Positions 26,081-37,996 of a stretch of 64,000 bases of DNA are shown here, one piece after another (the stretch's first letter is position 1; each line of letters begins with the position of its first letter). The DNA lies in contig JAHRHZ010000016.1 in assembly GCA_024137785.1 (NCBI GenBank), forward strand, positions 41,559,305-41,623,304, given 5' to 3'. Source of the stretch: Ginglymostoma cirratum. Taxonomy: Eukaryota. The position numbers and the translations under genes are program-made. The notes under the pieces are model-generated. The model was not told the origin of the DNA and searched no databases. It worked only from the letters and a program-made list of their open reading frames with translations.

Positions 26081-28249
26081 TTAGTGCCATTCCCCTGCCT
26101 TCTCTCCATAACATTGATTGTGCCTGCTTTTCAAGTAACAGTCTAATTCCCTCTTGAACGCCTTAAGTGAACCTACCTCCACCATGTTGTCAAGCACATT
26201 CCAAACCCTAACCTCTCACTGCACAAAAAAAACTTATTCTCTTATTACTTTTGCCTCTTTTGCCAATTATTTTAAATTTGTGTCCTCTTGTTTTTGATCC
26301 TTTCACAAGTGAGAACAGTTTCTCCCTACCTAATTTGTCCAGATCCTTCACAATATTAAGTGCCTGTAGCGGTATGCATCTCAATCTTTGTAAAGATGCA
26401 TATGCTGCATTGTAAGTTAATTACTATCAAAGAGAGAAGTCCCAAAACAGGTAGGTGCTTCCAAACATTTGATGGCAGTTCAGCAAAACTAACCTGAAAT
26501 TAATGCCCATCCTGCAGTTTAAAGCATTAGATACTTATCAAACTTGTAATGAATAAAATCTTGCTGACGTACAATAGATGCACTAAGCCTTTCTCTGGAT
26601 GAATATTTGGGATCATTGTCAGCATGGACAGCAATCTAATAACATCAAGGTAGAATTATTTGCCATGCATGGTTCCAATACAAAGTATACTCAGTATCCA
26701 AAGACCTGAGCTTACATTTAAAAACTCCCAAGAGGAATTCAAATGATTTCAATGTGTTCACATTGTGAAACCATTTCATTCTATGCATGACGAGACTACT
26801 TCTTTGATTTCACCCTTGCAGGATTAATGAGTGTTTTGCATCAAGTCTAAAGAAAAAATGTTACGGTTTATGATACATCTGTAGTGACCTTCACCATCTT
26901 TCTTTTAGAATAGTGAGCACCCAAATAACTTAGCACTGTACAGTTCTTGTAGATGTGAGGTGATGAAAAACAGGTTGACAGTTTTAAAAAGAATCAAACA
27001 CATTCCACAGTGGACAGATTTATGTATGAAATACATGTGCTCAGTACAGACCCACAGAATTCCAAACACAGGAACAGCATAAAATAAGTCCAGTATGTCA
27101 TGAATTGTCTGGCAAAAATGGAACGATACAGTTTCATTGGGAATATGATTTTGGTTTCTAAATTTGTTAACTGTGTGTGAAGATGTCTTGGTTGTAGAAA
27201 TAATGGAACTGCTATCATAAGACTAGTATTGGACATTGGGAAAATCCAATGACTTCACCATAACTCCTTAACAAGAAACTTTTCCAACCAGGAATGCATA
27301 ACATAGGCTTGGTGAACTGTCCGACATTAATAGGTTCAGGGCTTATCAGCATTAACACTACACCTTCCATCAGAATGTGTACAAGCTACCAAATTAACTT
27401 TTTCTAGTCAACTATCAAATAAGATGTCAAACAACAGTCACAAACTAACAGTAATTTATCAGCCCTAAATTTATTAGCTCTCACAGTTAGCAATAATTAT
27501 TTTTAAACTTTGAAAATGTAAATAATTAGTAGATATGATTCATTTATGAAAAAAGAGAAACACAGACCAATCATTAACAACTTGCTGATAATAACATTAC
27601 AGTTGAAATTCATGTCAGAGATTAAAATGCATTTGTAAAGTACTTTAGAGTCACATGGCTGAAAATTAACATTGGATAGCTGGTCCTGAATTACATGAGC
27701 GACAACACTTCCAAAATAATTCATTAATTGTAAAATGCATTGAGACATCCAGTGTTGAAAAGAGTTCTATAAATGCAAGTCATTCGTCTTCTTTTAGCCA
27801 ACTGAATAAAGTCTATATGCTTGTGGTTAGCAAATTTCCAGGACTTGTGCAACCTCATTGTTTTGTGATATGGATGAACTAGTTGCTAACTGCTTCTGAT
27901 GTTTCTGGTTTAAACCCGGTGTCTCTTAATCTCAAGGTGGTGACAAAACTTGGTGATACAGTTTTAAATAGATCTTCTCTCTCTAAAATCTTATCTTCTC
28001 CAGCCTTTCGCTCTCACTCTCATTGTCTCTTACTCTTTCAAAAGTGCACTTTTCAACACTATGCTTTCTCGAACAGACTGGACAAGGACTGCCTAAATCT
28101 AGTAAAACCTGCAACAAGAACCAGAAGAATTGCTAGCTGAGACTTCAGTGTTACCAAAGATATGTTGTATAGCTCTAATTTTCGAGGATTCTTCAGTTCG
28201 AGAGATCAGTCTGAGGGCTGCATGTTAAATAAGTTTGACTTTTATAGTA

Positions 28250-28377
28250 AAAGCCAAAAGGATTGCGGATGCAGTTCTGAGGAAGGGTCACCGGACCCGA
28301 AACGTTATCTCTGATTTTTTCTTCACAGATGCTGCAGGACCTGCTGAGCTTTTCCAGCAACTTCTGTCTTTGTCGGT
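28250..28377 (+). mobile_element. Compact Penelope terminal insertion with a 10-bp TSD
   Basis: ttttatagta at 28240-49 and 28378-87; short inverted terminal piece, then the hammerhead motif and cagatgctgcaggacctgctgagcttttccagcaac. Confidence 0.85.
28273..28310 (+). ncRNA. Minimal type I hammerhead ribozyme-like motif
   Basis: agtt-CTGAGGA-A-GGGTC-accg-GACCC-GAAA-CGTT-atct: perfect 5-bp stem II, AACGTT palindrome, stem I 3 of 4 pairs. Confidence 0.72.
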
Positions 28378-28624
28378 TTTTATAGTATCAGTCAGCTCAC
28401 AGAAGGCGACATCAGACTGATTGTTGATCTACAGTGGATTTGAAGGTATTGAGGAGCAGGCAGTAAAGTGGAGCTGAGGCCAAATCGGATTAGTCATGAT
28501 CTTCTTCAATGATAGAACAGGCTCCTACTGCCAAGTGGTCTATTTCTAATCCTATTTCGAATATAAAAAACCCTTATGTTACTGCAATTTTGTTGATAGC
28601 CTTCATGACCTCCAAGTCAAAATG

Positions 28625-29500
28625 TTTGATTTGATTTGATTTGATTTACTGTTGTCACATGTACCCAAGTACAGTGAAAAGTTTGTTTTGCATACAGTAC
28701 AGGCAAATCATAACATACACGTACATGCAGATCATAGAGTAATTGAACAGAGCAAAGCGTACAAAGCAAGATCAACATTGCAATTGAAATTTGAGAGGTC
28801 CATTCAGCAGACTAATAACAGCAGGGAAGTAGCTGTTCTTGAACCTGCTGGTATGTGTGTTTAAGGTTTTGAATCTTCTGCCCAACAGAAGTGGTTGGAA
28901 GAGATTATAACCAGGATGGGAGGGACCTTTGATGATGTTGGCTGCTTTTCTGCAGTAACAAGAAGAATAGATGTAGTCGATGGATGGGAGGCTGGCCTGC
29001 GTATTGGTCTGGGCCGTGTCCACAACTTTCTGTAGTTTCTTACGATCCTGAGCAGAGCAGTTGCCGCACCAAGCTGTAATGCATCCAGGTAAAATGCTTT
29101 CAATGGCCCAGCTGTAAAAGTTGGTGAGGGTCCTTATGGACATGCCGAATTTCCTTAGCCTCCTGAGGATTAAGAGGCATTGTTGTTCCTTCTAGACCGT
29201 CGCATCTACGTGGGTGGCCCAGGACAGATTGTTGGTTAACGTCATTCCCAGGAACTTGACGCTTTGACCCTCTCCACCTCAGCTCTGTTGATGTCAATAG
29301 GGGTGCGTCCTCCTTCTTTCTTCCTGTTGTTGATGATCAGCTCTTTAGTTTTGCTGACATTGAGGGACAGATTGTTATCTTCGCACCACAACACCAAGCA
29401 TTCTATTTCCTTCCTGTATTCTGTCTCGACATAGTTTGATATCCGGACTATGGCAGTGGTGTTGTCAGCAAACTTGTAGATGGTGTTCCGATGAAATTTG
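28625..29500 (-). mobile_element. Rex1/Babar-clade LINE 3' part with (AATCA)n tail
   Basis: KFADNT...KTKELI.. upstream; ORF 28772-29143 TLTNFY..AIESIL.GCITAWCGNCSAQDRKKLQKVV...HPGY.LFQPL..GRRF..TSRFKNSYFP; ttgatttgatttgatttgattt. Confidence 0.88.
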
Positions 29501-29987
29501 GGTGAAATTAAACATGGTAACTCACTCAGTTAGCTTCTAGCTTTGGTCTTTTCGTACAAAGAGGTCATGCATCCAAACATCTTTATCTTCTCCTTAACAA
29601 TCAGAGCTTATGGTCTTGATTGTTTGTTTTGTAAAACTGGGAAGGAATATAGTGTTCGTATAAATCATCATACTTAAATTGGCATTGATCCTTTATCAGT
29701 ATTTTGAGGTCACAGTTATGATAGTTTTTTGGACATTTCTCCTGCAAGTGGAAGGAGAATAATTTATTTTTTGTGGCACAGCTATTTGCTTTTGTTTGTA
29801 ATCAATCTGACACCTAGCAGGCTGAAGAATATGAATGTCCCAGAGTGGCAGGTTCAATGTTAAATTAATGACAATTTGGTACGGTACAGAAAGAAAATGC
29901 AAGACTTGCATTTACATTGTACTTTTCACAACTTTAGGATATCCTAACATACTTTACTGCTGTAATGAAGAAAATGTAACTGACAAT

Positions 29988-30122
29988 ACGTTTGCTGAAG
30001 AAGACTCTAGGCCCGAAACGTCAGCTTTTCTGCTCCTCTGATGCTGCTTGGCCTGCTGTGTTCATTCAGCTCTACACTTTGTTATCTCAGATTCTCCAGC
30101 ATCTGCAGTTCCTACTATCTCT
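29988..30122 (+). mobile_element. Short Penelope terminal insertion with a degenerate hammerhead motif
   Basis: CTGAAGA-agactctaggccc-GAAACGTC at 29995-30022, then the same tail as 25983-26080. Confidence 0.8.
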
Positions 30123-30216
30123 CACAAACAGTATTGTTTTAATGACCACATAATCTGTTTCCTAGGTAATGATTGAGGATAAGTACTGGCCAAGACACAG
30201 AAGATAGCTCTCCCCG

Positions 30217-30258
30217 GCTCTTCTTCTAAATAGTGCTGCTCTTCTTCTAAATAGTGCT
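30217..30258. repeat. Perfect 21-bp tandem duplication
   Basis: gctcttcttctaaatagtgct occurs twice in tandem. Confidence 0.95.
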
Positions 30259-30661
30259 AGGAGACATTTAAAATCCAATTGAGGAGGCAGAGAAAGCCTC
30301 AGTTTAACACCTCAAATGAAGGAAGGTACCTCTGACAGTGCAGTATTCCCTTATTATTACTGCATGCCAACTTCGATTTTGTGATCATGACCTGGAGTAC
30401 AACTGTGACCCAGAACTCTCTGACCTCAGTAAGAGCAGGATTTAGATAGACCATTTCAGAAAGGCTGTTCTTTACCAGTAGACAGAGAAAATAATCATCC
30501 CATCAGACTGTGGTACATTTGAAAGATTTGAAAGGCAATTGCAGTTCAAGAACAAGAACTATATATTTCAAAGCAAGAGAAAACACTGGGGACACACAAT
30601 TGAATGCTAATATATTATTAAAATGTGCCATATCTTGACCCAACCTTTGTTGTTATGTGTC

Positions 30662-30935
30662 CACAAGATATAGGCACAGAAGTTGGCATTCTGCCCATTA
30701 AGTCTGTTCCACCATTGAATGAGATCTTGCCTGTTCTGATAATCCTCAACTACATTTTCCTGCCTTTTCCTTGTAGCCCTTGATTCCCTTATTGATTAAG
30801 AATCAGTCTAGCTCTACCTTCAATATATTTGATGACCCAGCCTCAACAGATCTCTGCAGCAAATAATTCCACAGATTCACTATCCTCAGAGAAGGAATTC
30901 ATTTCATTTCTGTCTTAAATGGACGAACCCTTACC
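30662..30935 (-). mobile_element. CR1 3' end
   Basis: cacaagatataggcacagaag...cccttgattccctta...aattccacagattcacta...gaaggaattc. Confidence 0.8.
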
Positions 30936-31144
30936 CCATGCTCAATTCTATTCAGTTATCTGGGCTTTCTTTTACCATATATAACCAAGTGTAAAATGTC
31001 GGCCCAACATGGAATTCCTGACCATCAGAATAGGTTCTAAATAAGCTGGTTTATATTCATTGTGTTTCAGGCATAATTTGAGCATACTAAGTAACTGTAG
31101 TAAGGTGATTGTTGTAATACACTGTCATTATCCTGCCAAATTTC

Positions 31145-32078
31145 TCTAGAGGGAAGTGACTGTGTTATAGCTATGTTTGCGGATGGCACGAAAATAGATG
31201 GAAAAGCAAATGATGAGTGTAACGCAAAGAGGCTGCAGGGGGATATAAGCATATTTAGTGAGTGTTCAAAAACTTGACAGATTGTACATAATGTGGTGAG
31301 ATAGAAGGAAGAACAGAGGAGCTGAATATTATGTAAATTGGGGAAGACTGCGGAAATCTGAGAGATTTGGGACTCCTTGCGCATAAATCAGAAAAAATAG
31401 CATTCATGTTCAGCAGGTGACAGGGAAGACAAGTGGAATATTGGCCTATATTTCAAAGGGAATGCAGTATAAGAATAGGGAAGTCTTGTTAAAACTAACT
31501 AATACGAGGACATAGTTAGCCCACAGATAATGTCCTGTGAACAGTTTTGGTCCCCTTATGTAAGGAAAGATATACTGGAATTGAAGGCAGTCTGGAGAAG
31601 GTTCATTAGGATGATCTCAGGCATGGAGGGATTTTCTTATAAGGAGATGTTGAGTAGGTTGGACTTGTACTCATTGAAGTTTAGAAGAATAAAAGGTGAC
31701 CTTATTGAATCAAACAAGATTCTTAGGGAGCTTGACAGGGTCAATGCTAAGAGGTTGTCTCCCCTTGTGAGACAGTCCAGGACCAGACAGCATCATCTCG
31801 GACTAAAGGGAAATCAATTTAAAATAGATCACAAAGAATTTGTTTAATCAGAAGTTAGTGAAGCTGTGGAATTCTTGCATAGAATTGCACAGATAGCATA
31901 GAGGTGTAGATGTTGTGTCATTAGATATATTTAGGGCTGAGATAAATTTTTAATCGGTAAGGGAATCAAGAGTACGGAGAAAAGGCAGGAAAGTAGAGTT
32001 GAAGATTATCAGATCAGCCATAATCTTATAGAATGGCAGAGCAGACATGATGCACCAAATGGCCTGCTTCTGCTTTTC
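31145..32078 (+). mobile_element. CR1 LINE 3' part (RT FADxT to tail)
   Basis: tttgcggatggcacgaaa (FADGTK); ORF 31530 QFWSPYVRKDILEL..V.RRF.RMI.G...LYSL.FRR.KGDLIE. Confidence 0.9.
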
Positions 32079-32995
32079 AGTCATGTAGCCATACAACAAT
32101 GCAAGTTGAACCGAAAATGATATGAAGCAATTACATTACACTTGATTTACCTGTTCTGCTGAAAATTGCATGTCCCAAATTTTATTCTTGCTCCTAAGGA
32201 GCAGGATTGCACAGAAATGAGAATGTCTACAATACAAATCAAAACGAAATATTAAATCAATTTTCTCACTGGGAAAACAGCACCTTTTGTATTGTAATAT
32301 GTTTCATGGAAGGGCCGTTCTGGTGCAGTAATGGCATATTTACCACTGAGCCAGAAGGCCCAGATTGAAGTTCCACCTGAAATATGTCATTATACATCTT
32401 ATCAGGTTGATTAACAACATTTATATCTCAAGACACTTTACAGAAGCATTGAGAAAAATTTTACATGAAAATTCTTCATAACTATGAGGACCCATGAAAA
32501 TTGGTTCATTTGAGGTATTATAGAGAAATGGAAAGAAAAATGAAATGCAAATAAGGAAACAAACAATATTAAGCTATGCTAATTGATGACATTTTACTTT
32601 GCAAGAGTTGTCGTGAAAACTCTGATGCTTCGTCAGGATTATGGATAATGAAAAAGTGGGATGTGAGTGCTTTGTTGAAAGAGAATAAAAAGTATGTCAT
32701 TATTTTGTCAGCTCAGTATGATTATATTCAAACAATTATTCCTCCTACCCTTTCTACCACACACCTACATCAGCACCATACATATTGTAACTTTAGAAAT
32801 TTAAGAAGCATTGAAGATTCTCCTAGTTATGCTCCCACACAGGTTTAGACATTCTAAAAGTGTTAGAGTATGGAAAAGAAAATCTGTATCTCAAAATGGG
32901 TCACTATTTTCTAACCACATAATGATGCATCGCCGCATCAATAAATTCGGTGCAGTCTTGGGCAGGCTAGGAAATAAACAAACAAATTAATGCAT

Positions 32996-33663
32996 TGTTG
33001 AAAAAATCTAGTTCATGGTTCATACGTTTTAAAATGTAAATTTTATTGAATGTAGAGAAAATACTAACTTCATCTCTGTTTGGTTTTCATGAGGGAATAA
33101 CAGCTGAAAGGTTTGCTCTCATTTGCAGCTTGCAGAAAAAGTCTGTAGTGATCCTCATAGAGCCTTGTGACAGAAAGCAATGAGAAGAGTGAGCTTAGAA
33201 AGCTGTGGGAAAGAAGTTTGGTATTTACTGGCAACCTGAACAAGGAATGGAGGCATTCAGAGTTGCCACCTTTTCTTTTCAGATCTTGCATGTCCTATAG
33301 TCAAAAAAACCTTAACAAAATCTTACCTTAGAGGATTGCTGAAACACTGAGGAGAATTGATGTGAATTCCAGGCGTAATTTGGGTTTGTCCCAGGAAAGC
33401 TGAATGAACTTTCAAGATTTCATGTGATACTCTTGTGGTACTTCGGGTGGGGGAGTAGTTAAAAAGCAGAACTAGGTTTCTAGTATATGCCTTTGTAAGC
33501 TGCAGTATTAAGTTAAGCTTGCTCTGTACAATTTCTCTTTATATACAATAAAGTTTGTTTTTGTTTCAAAAAGTTGAAACTTTGAGGCGCGATTCCATAA
33601 GTTAATTGTTAAATGCTTGGATTTCTTTTTTGAATGTTAGCAGGCCCTTGCAAAATCATAACA
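32996..33663 (+). mobile_element. Candidate solo LTR (Gypsy-like)
   Basis: Starts TGTTG, ends ATCATAACA; AATAAA at about 33547; flanks gcat/gtat could be an imperfect 4-bp TSD. Confidence 0.4.
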
Positions 33664-35225
33664 GTATGCAACTTTCTTCATGCCTGTTTTTGATTAAACA
33701 TAAGAGAACAGCTCTTTCTATATCTAATATGCTGTTAAAAAATTTAAATTCTCCAAACAAGCGCAAATTCTCAAAATCGTTAAAAGTGCCAATGGCTTTT
33801 CTGTGAAGTAAGTTGTATGCCACTGAAATCATCGAACATCAGGGTATATTCAGCTATAACCTACTTCAGTTTTCTCTGGAATTAACTTACATGTAAGTGG
33901 CTTCGCTTGGAATAACTATCAACAATCAACCAAGGCTTTTAAGGGGGAAGAAAGTATTCTTTCTACCACTGCCACCAGTCAAATTGGCATACAACACATT
34001 TGCCAACTTCACTAACTTTTCCCTAAAAAATTTTTTTCAATCACACTTCTGGCAAATACCTCACATGTGGATGTTTAAATTGAGTAAAATCATTAATGGC
34101 CAATTGCATTTTTGTGTTAGTGAAGAAACATTTTTTTGTTAATGCCATGGTTGACTTCGCCTCGTAATCCATGAATTTCCATGCTTGAAAACAAAGGGGA
34201 TCATGGAGATATTCTAGGGAGACAACCTTTGGTTTACTCACCTTTATTTTACTAAACTGCAGCTCTGCCAATGATTGAGGGGACTACCCATGCCTGTATA
34301 GTACATAGATTGTTACAGAACTGTGCCATCTCGTGTCAGGAGACCAGAGCCAAATTCCACAGCGTGAATGACATTTCCAGGGGCAGCCAAACCTCAATTG
34401 TCTGCTTCCTTTCAACATAGCTACAGATATGTCAAGCAAATGACTGCTGCATTGCTCAATAGAATCAGTACTTACAACTCCCTTCCCACCAAATATAAAC
34501 TGTACTGTAGCATGACTCAGCTGCTCGTACTGCTGCATTTCAAAAAATGCAGAAACAATCACCGAATCCAAGTGCCTACTCATGTAGCTATCCTGAGATT
34601 TTTCCCATGTCAGTCACTCAACTTGGTGTAATCACGTGCTGTAGAATTGGTTGCATCAAGTACCATTAGGATTTCAGTGCAACAACTGTTCCAAACTGTT
34701 CAAAATGAAATTTGTATTCTATATTTGCATGCTTCTACACAGCATTGAGCTGAGATCATGCTGTCCAAACCCCATTCACCAAGAGCTATTACAACCTGAA
34801 AAAAAGAGTGCAAGTTATGTCCACTATGCTCATACTTTGATTGGGTGCTTAATTGGTATCTGCTGACTAGCAGTCTATTTGCATCTGTACTTGGTTCTTT
34901 CACATTCGCAGATTTCTTACTACGTATTCTAAGTGATTCTTCTCCATAAAGGATCTTTTAAATATCAATAAGGACTCCCCCTATTTATTTCACTTCAAGC
35001 ACCAACGACTCAAAGACATCATTGGAAAGTATTTTCCATCCCTGAGAAAAAAGCAAATCTTCCTGTCCGTTCATGTACAATGGAATTTATTTCTCAGTGT
35101 TTATTGATTTGGATTTCAGAATAATTCCTTTATTACTTAATTGTATTTACTAAGAAGAAAAATCTTGGATATGATTTTTAATATAACTGCCTTTGCAGCT
35201 TTCTGCTTCAGAATATGATCTATTG

Positions 35226-35595
35226 AGAAGCCAATGGCCTAGTAGTATTATTGTTAAACAGTTAATCCAAAGACCAAAGTAATGTTCTGGGGACCAGGGT
35301 TCAAATCCCACCACGGAGATATTTGAATGTATGTGGTAGTTTGAACGTAATTTAAAAATCTGGAATTATGAGTCTAAATGATGACCATAAATCCATTGCC
35401 AATTGTCAGAAAAACCCATCTGGTTCACCAATATCCTTTTAGGGAAGGAAAGTGCATCCTTATCTGGTCCGGCCTGCATGTGACTCCAGACCCACAGCAA
35501 TGGGGTTGAATCTTACAGCCTTTTGGGCAATTAGGGATGGGCAATAAATGCTGGCCTAACCAGTGATGCCTCATTCTGTGAATGAATTAAAAGAA
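35226..35595 (+). mobile_element. tRNA-headed SINE with a LINE-derived tail
   Basis: tggcctagtagtatt A box, gggttcaaatccc B box; same core and tail as 22165. Confidence 0.88.
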
Positions 35596-36404
35596 ACTGT
35601 CATTCTAGCACTTTCAGACTTGTACAAATATTGATTTTCAATGCAAATGGTTGATGTTAATTCCAGACTCTGAGCACAAAAACTGCATTCAAAGTAAATA
35701 CAAGTGGGATATAGGGCTATAATACTATACATCTCTCTTTTGATTCATATTCCCTGATAGCACAATTCACTTTTGGGAACACAGTTTAACGTAATTTTGA
35801 GAATCAGAACATTCAACATTGTTAAAATACTGAATGGCTTTGTTTGCTGTGAATGCATGTTATCTATTATATTTAATGTTGGTAACATTTTGCATTCACT
35901 TTCCTTGTTTGTGCACTTCCTATCAAATTCTATTCATGGTCTCTCAACCACAATTTCACTTTTGAATTCAAAGCTATAATTTTATGAACACATTCACCAT
36001 GGAAAGAAGAAAAAGAAATGCAATGGGCAGTTTAAATTACCATCAATGACAAAGGCATAGATTGGAATTTGTAACTTTTCCATTCTTGTGTTGATTAAAT
36101 TAACCAGTCTTACTTGGGATTGGTAAAAGACAGAACTTACTTTAAAATCTCAGAAATGTTTGCTTAACTGATGAACTGATGACTTGTAGTTACAACTATT
36201 GATACACCCTCACTCTAACATGCTGCTGCCTGGACTCCCCCCAAGTTACTGCTCATGTGGTGTTATCCTGGTCCTTGGCCAATTAGAATACTTTGTTTGT
36301 AAAGCTCTAATCAGTAGTAATGTGAACAACCTTGAAAAGTAGATGAGGTCAAGTCTAGGTACTGTTTGTTCCTGCTTTATGAGCTTGTGTAGCAGAGCTT
36401 CTTA

Positions 36405-36900
36405 AGGGAGTGCAGCGAAGGTTTACCAGGTTGATTTCCGGGATGGTGGGTCTGACATATGAGGAAAGATTGATCAAGTTGGGATTGTTTTTGCTAGAGA
36501 TGAGACAAATGAAGGGGGATCTCATAGAGACTTATAAAATTCTAACAGGAGTGGACAGGGTGGATGCAGGGAGGATGTTCCCAATGGTGGGTGTGTCCAG
36601 AACCAGAGGTCATAATATGAGGATTCGGGGTAGACAATTTAAGACAGAGGTGAGAAGACATTTCTTCACCAAAAGAGTGGTGAGCCTGTGGAATTCATTA
36701 CCACAGGAAGTAGTTGATGACAAAGCATCGAATGTATTCAAGAGGCAACTAGATATAGCACTTGAATGGGAGAATGGGATCAAAGATTATGGGGAGAAAG
36801 CAGGATTAGGCTATTGAGTTGAATGATCAGCCATGATCGTGAAGAATGTTAGAGCAGGCTCAAAGGGCTGAATGGCCTCCTACTGCTCCTATGTTTCTAT
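36405..36900 (+). mobile_element. CR1 LINE 3' end
   Basis: ORF 36410-36817: QRRFTRLISGM.GLTYEERL...GDLIETYKIL...RGHN...FFTKRVVSLWNSLP; tail gggctgaatggcctcctactgctcctatgtttctatg. Confidence 0.92.
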
Positions 36901-37124
36901 GATAATTCACGTACGTGATTACAGAGGTCAAGGTGGAATTTTAAATGCTTCAAAGGAGATTCGGCATTTAAAAGGTTGAAAGTTTCTTTCAAAAACTAAT
37001 GGCAATCTTAACCAATCTTGCACTGAACTGTTTTAAGAAACATCTGTTATTTTAAAATGTTATAAATTAGTACCTCACAAAACCTTACAGTGTGTTTTGT
37101 CCATGTGCTTTTTCTCAAAACAAG

Positions 37125-37249
37125 ATCATCAGAGTCCATTTGTAGAACCTCATACAGAACGGCCCGAAGTGATAAAGTTCAATGGAAGCAGTGAGATTGT
37201 GATTCCATGCCGTGTTACAGAACCAAACCTACATGTCACCCTGCTGATG
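37125..37249 (+). CDS. kdrl: VEGFR exon 4 (Ig2 first half): (D)HQSPFVEPHTERPEVIKFNGSSEIVIPCRVTEPNLHVTLLM
   Basis: caag acceptor after a T-rich tract, atg|gtaaga donor, 125 nt; PFVE and IPCRVTxPNxxVTL are VEGFR/PDGFR D2 hallmarks. Confidence 0.95.
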
Positions 37250-37996
37250 GTAAGACACAAAGAAAAAAATTTGTAACTACTTCAACAGATCCGCATACAA
37301 ACAAGTTATATAATGTGAAAATGTCCTTCCAAGGAATGTTATGCACAAGCAGAAAAGGTTGGAAAATAAGTCAACAGCATTTTTAAAAAGATTAAAGAAT
37401 AAAAACAGTTTGGGTGTGGACTATATCATTATCTGCCATTCCTCTTTTCAAATCCAGACTGTGTAATTTGGATATTTTCTGATTTTATTGCAGATTTCTA
37501 ACATTAACTGTTTTTCACCATAAATGTTGTTTATTTTGCACCAAGAGTTTTGAGAATTTTGTTTTGTGACTGCCCTCAGGTTGTTATCCACTGGAATATA
37601 ACAACCTCTTTGAAATTGTAACATTCTGATAACATGTTCCTAAAAGCCCCCGAGAAACACAGAAGTTTCATGGTTCAACTCTTAGTCTGTAATAATTTAA
37701 TGGATCTCAGACTTGGCAACAACAGTGGGACTATAAAACAGGCATGCCACCTCTTCTGAGTCTGGCAAGAGTCTGGCATTAAGTTATCATGCATGCACAC
37801 ATTAATGATGCCTAAGATTTTTCTTGATTTAACTGTCCAAAGGGTGGGAGAAAGCAAGGTGCTGGGCAGGCACCACCATTCATTGTAATGGCAAATACTT
37901 CTATTGAATATTGGGTCCTGAGGTATTAATGGTATTAATAGGTATTATAAAAGGTATTAATTCACTAGCACAATGAACGTTGGGATTGTGGAATTT

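Larger units (their letters stand above)
25828..26370 (-). mobile_element. Old CR1 3' end containing a Penelope insertion
   Basis: atagaatcacagaattgttacagtgccgagggaggctattc tail; gaacagtttctccctacctaatttgtccag. Confidence 0.65.
29903..30430 (-). mobile_element. Deu-domain SINE (SacSINE1-like) interrupted by a Penelope fragment
   Basis: Tail agacttgcatttaca at 29903; core gctcttcttctaaatagtgc...cctcagtttaacacctca...acctctgacagtgcagtattccc. Confidence 0.75.
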
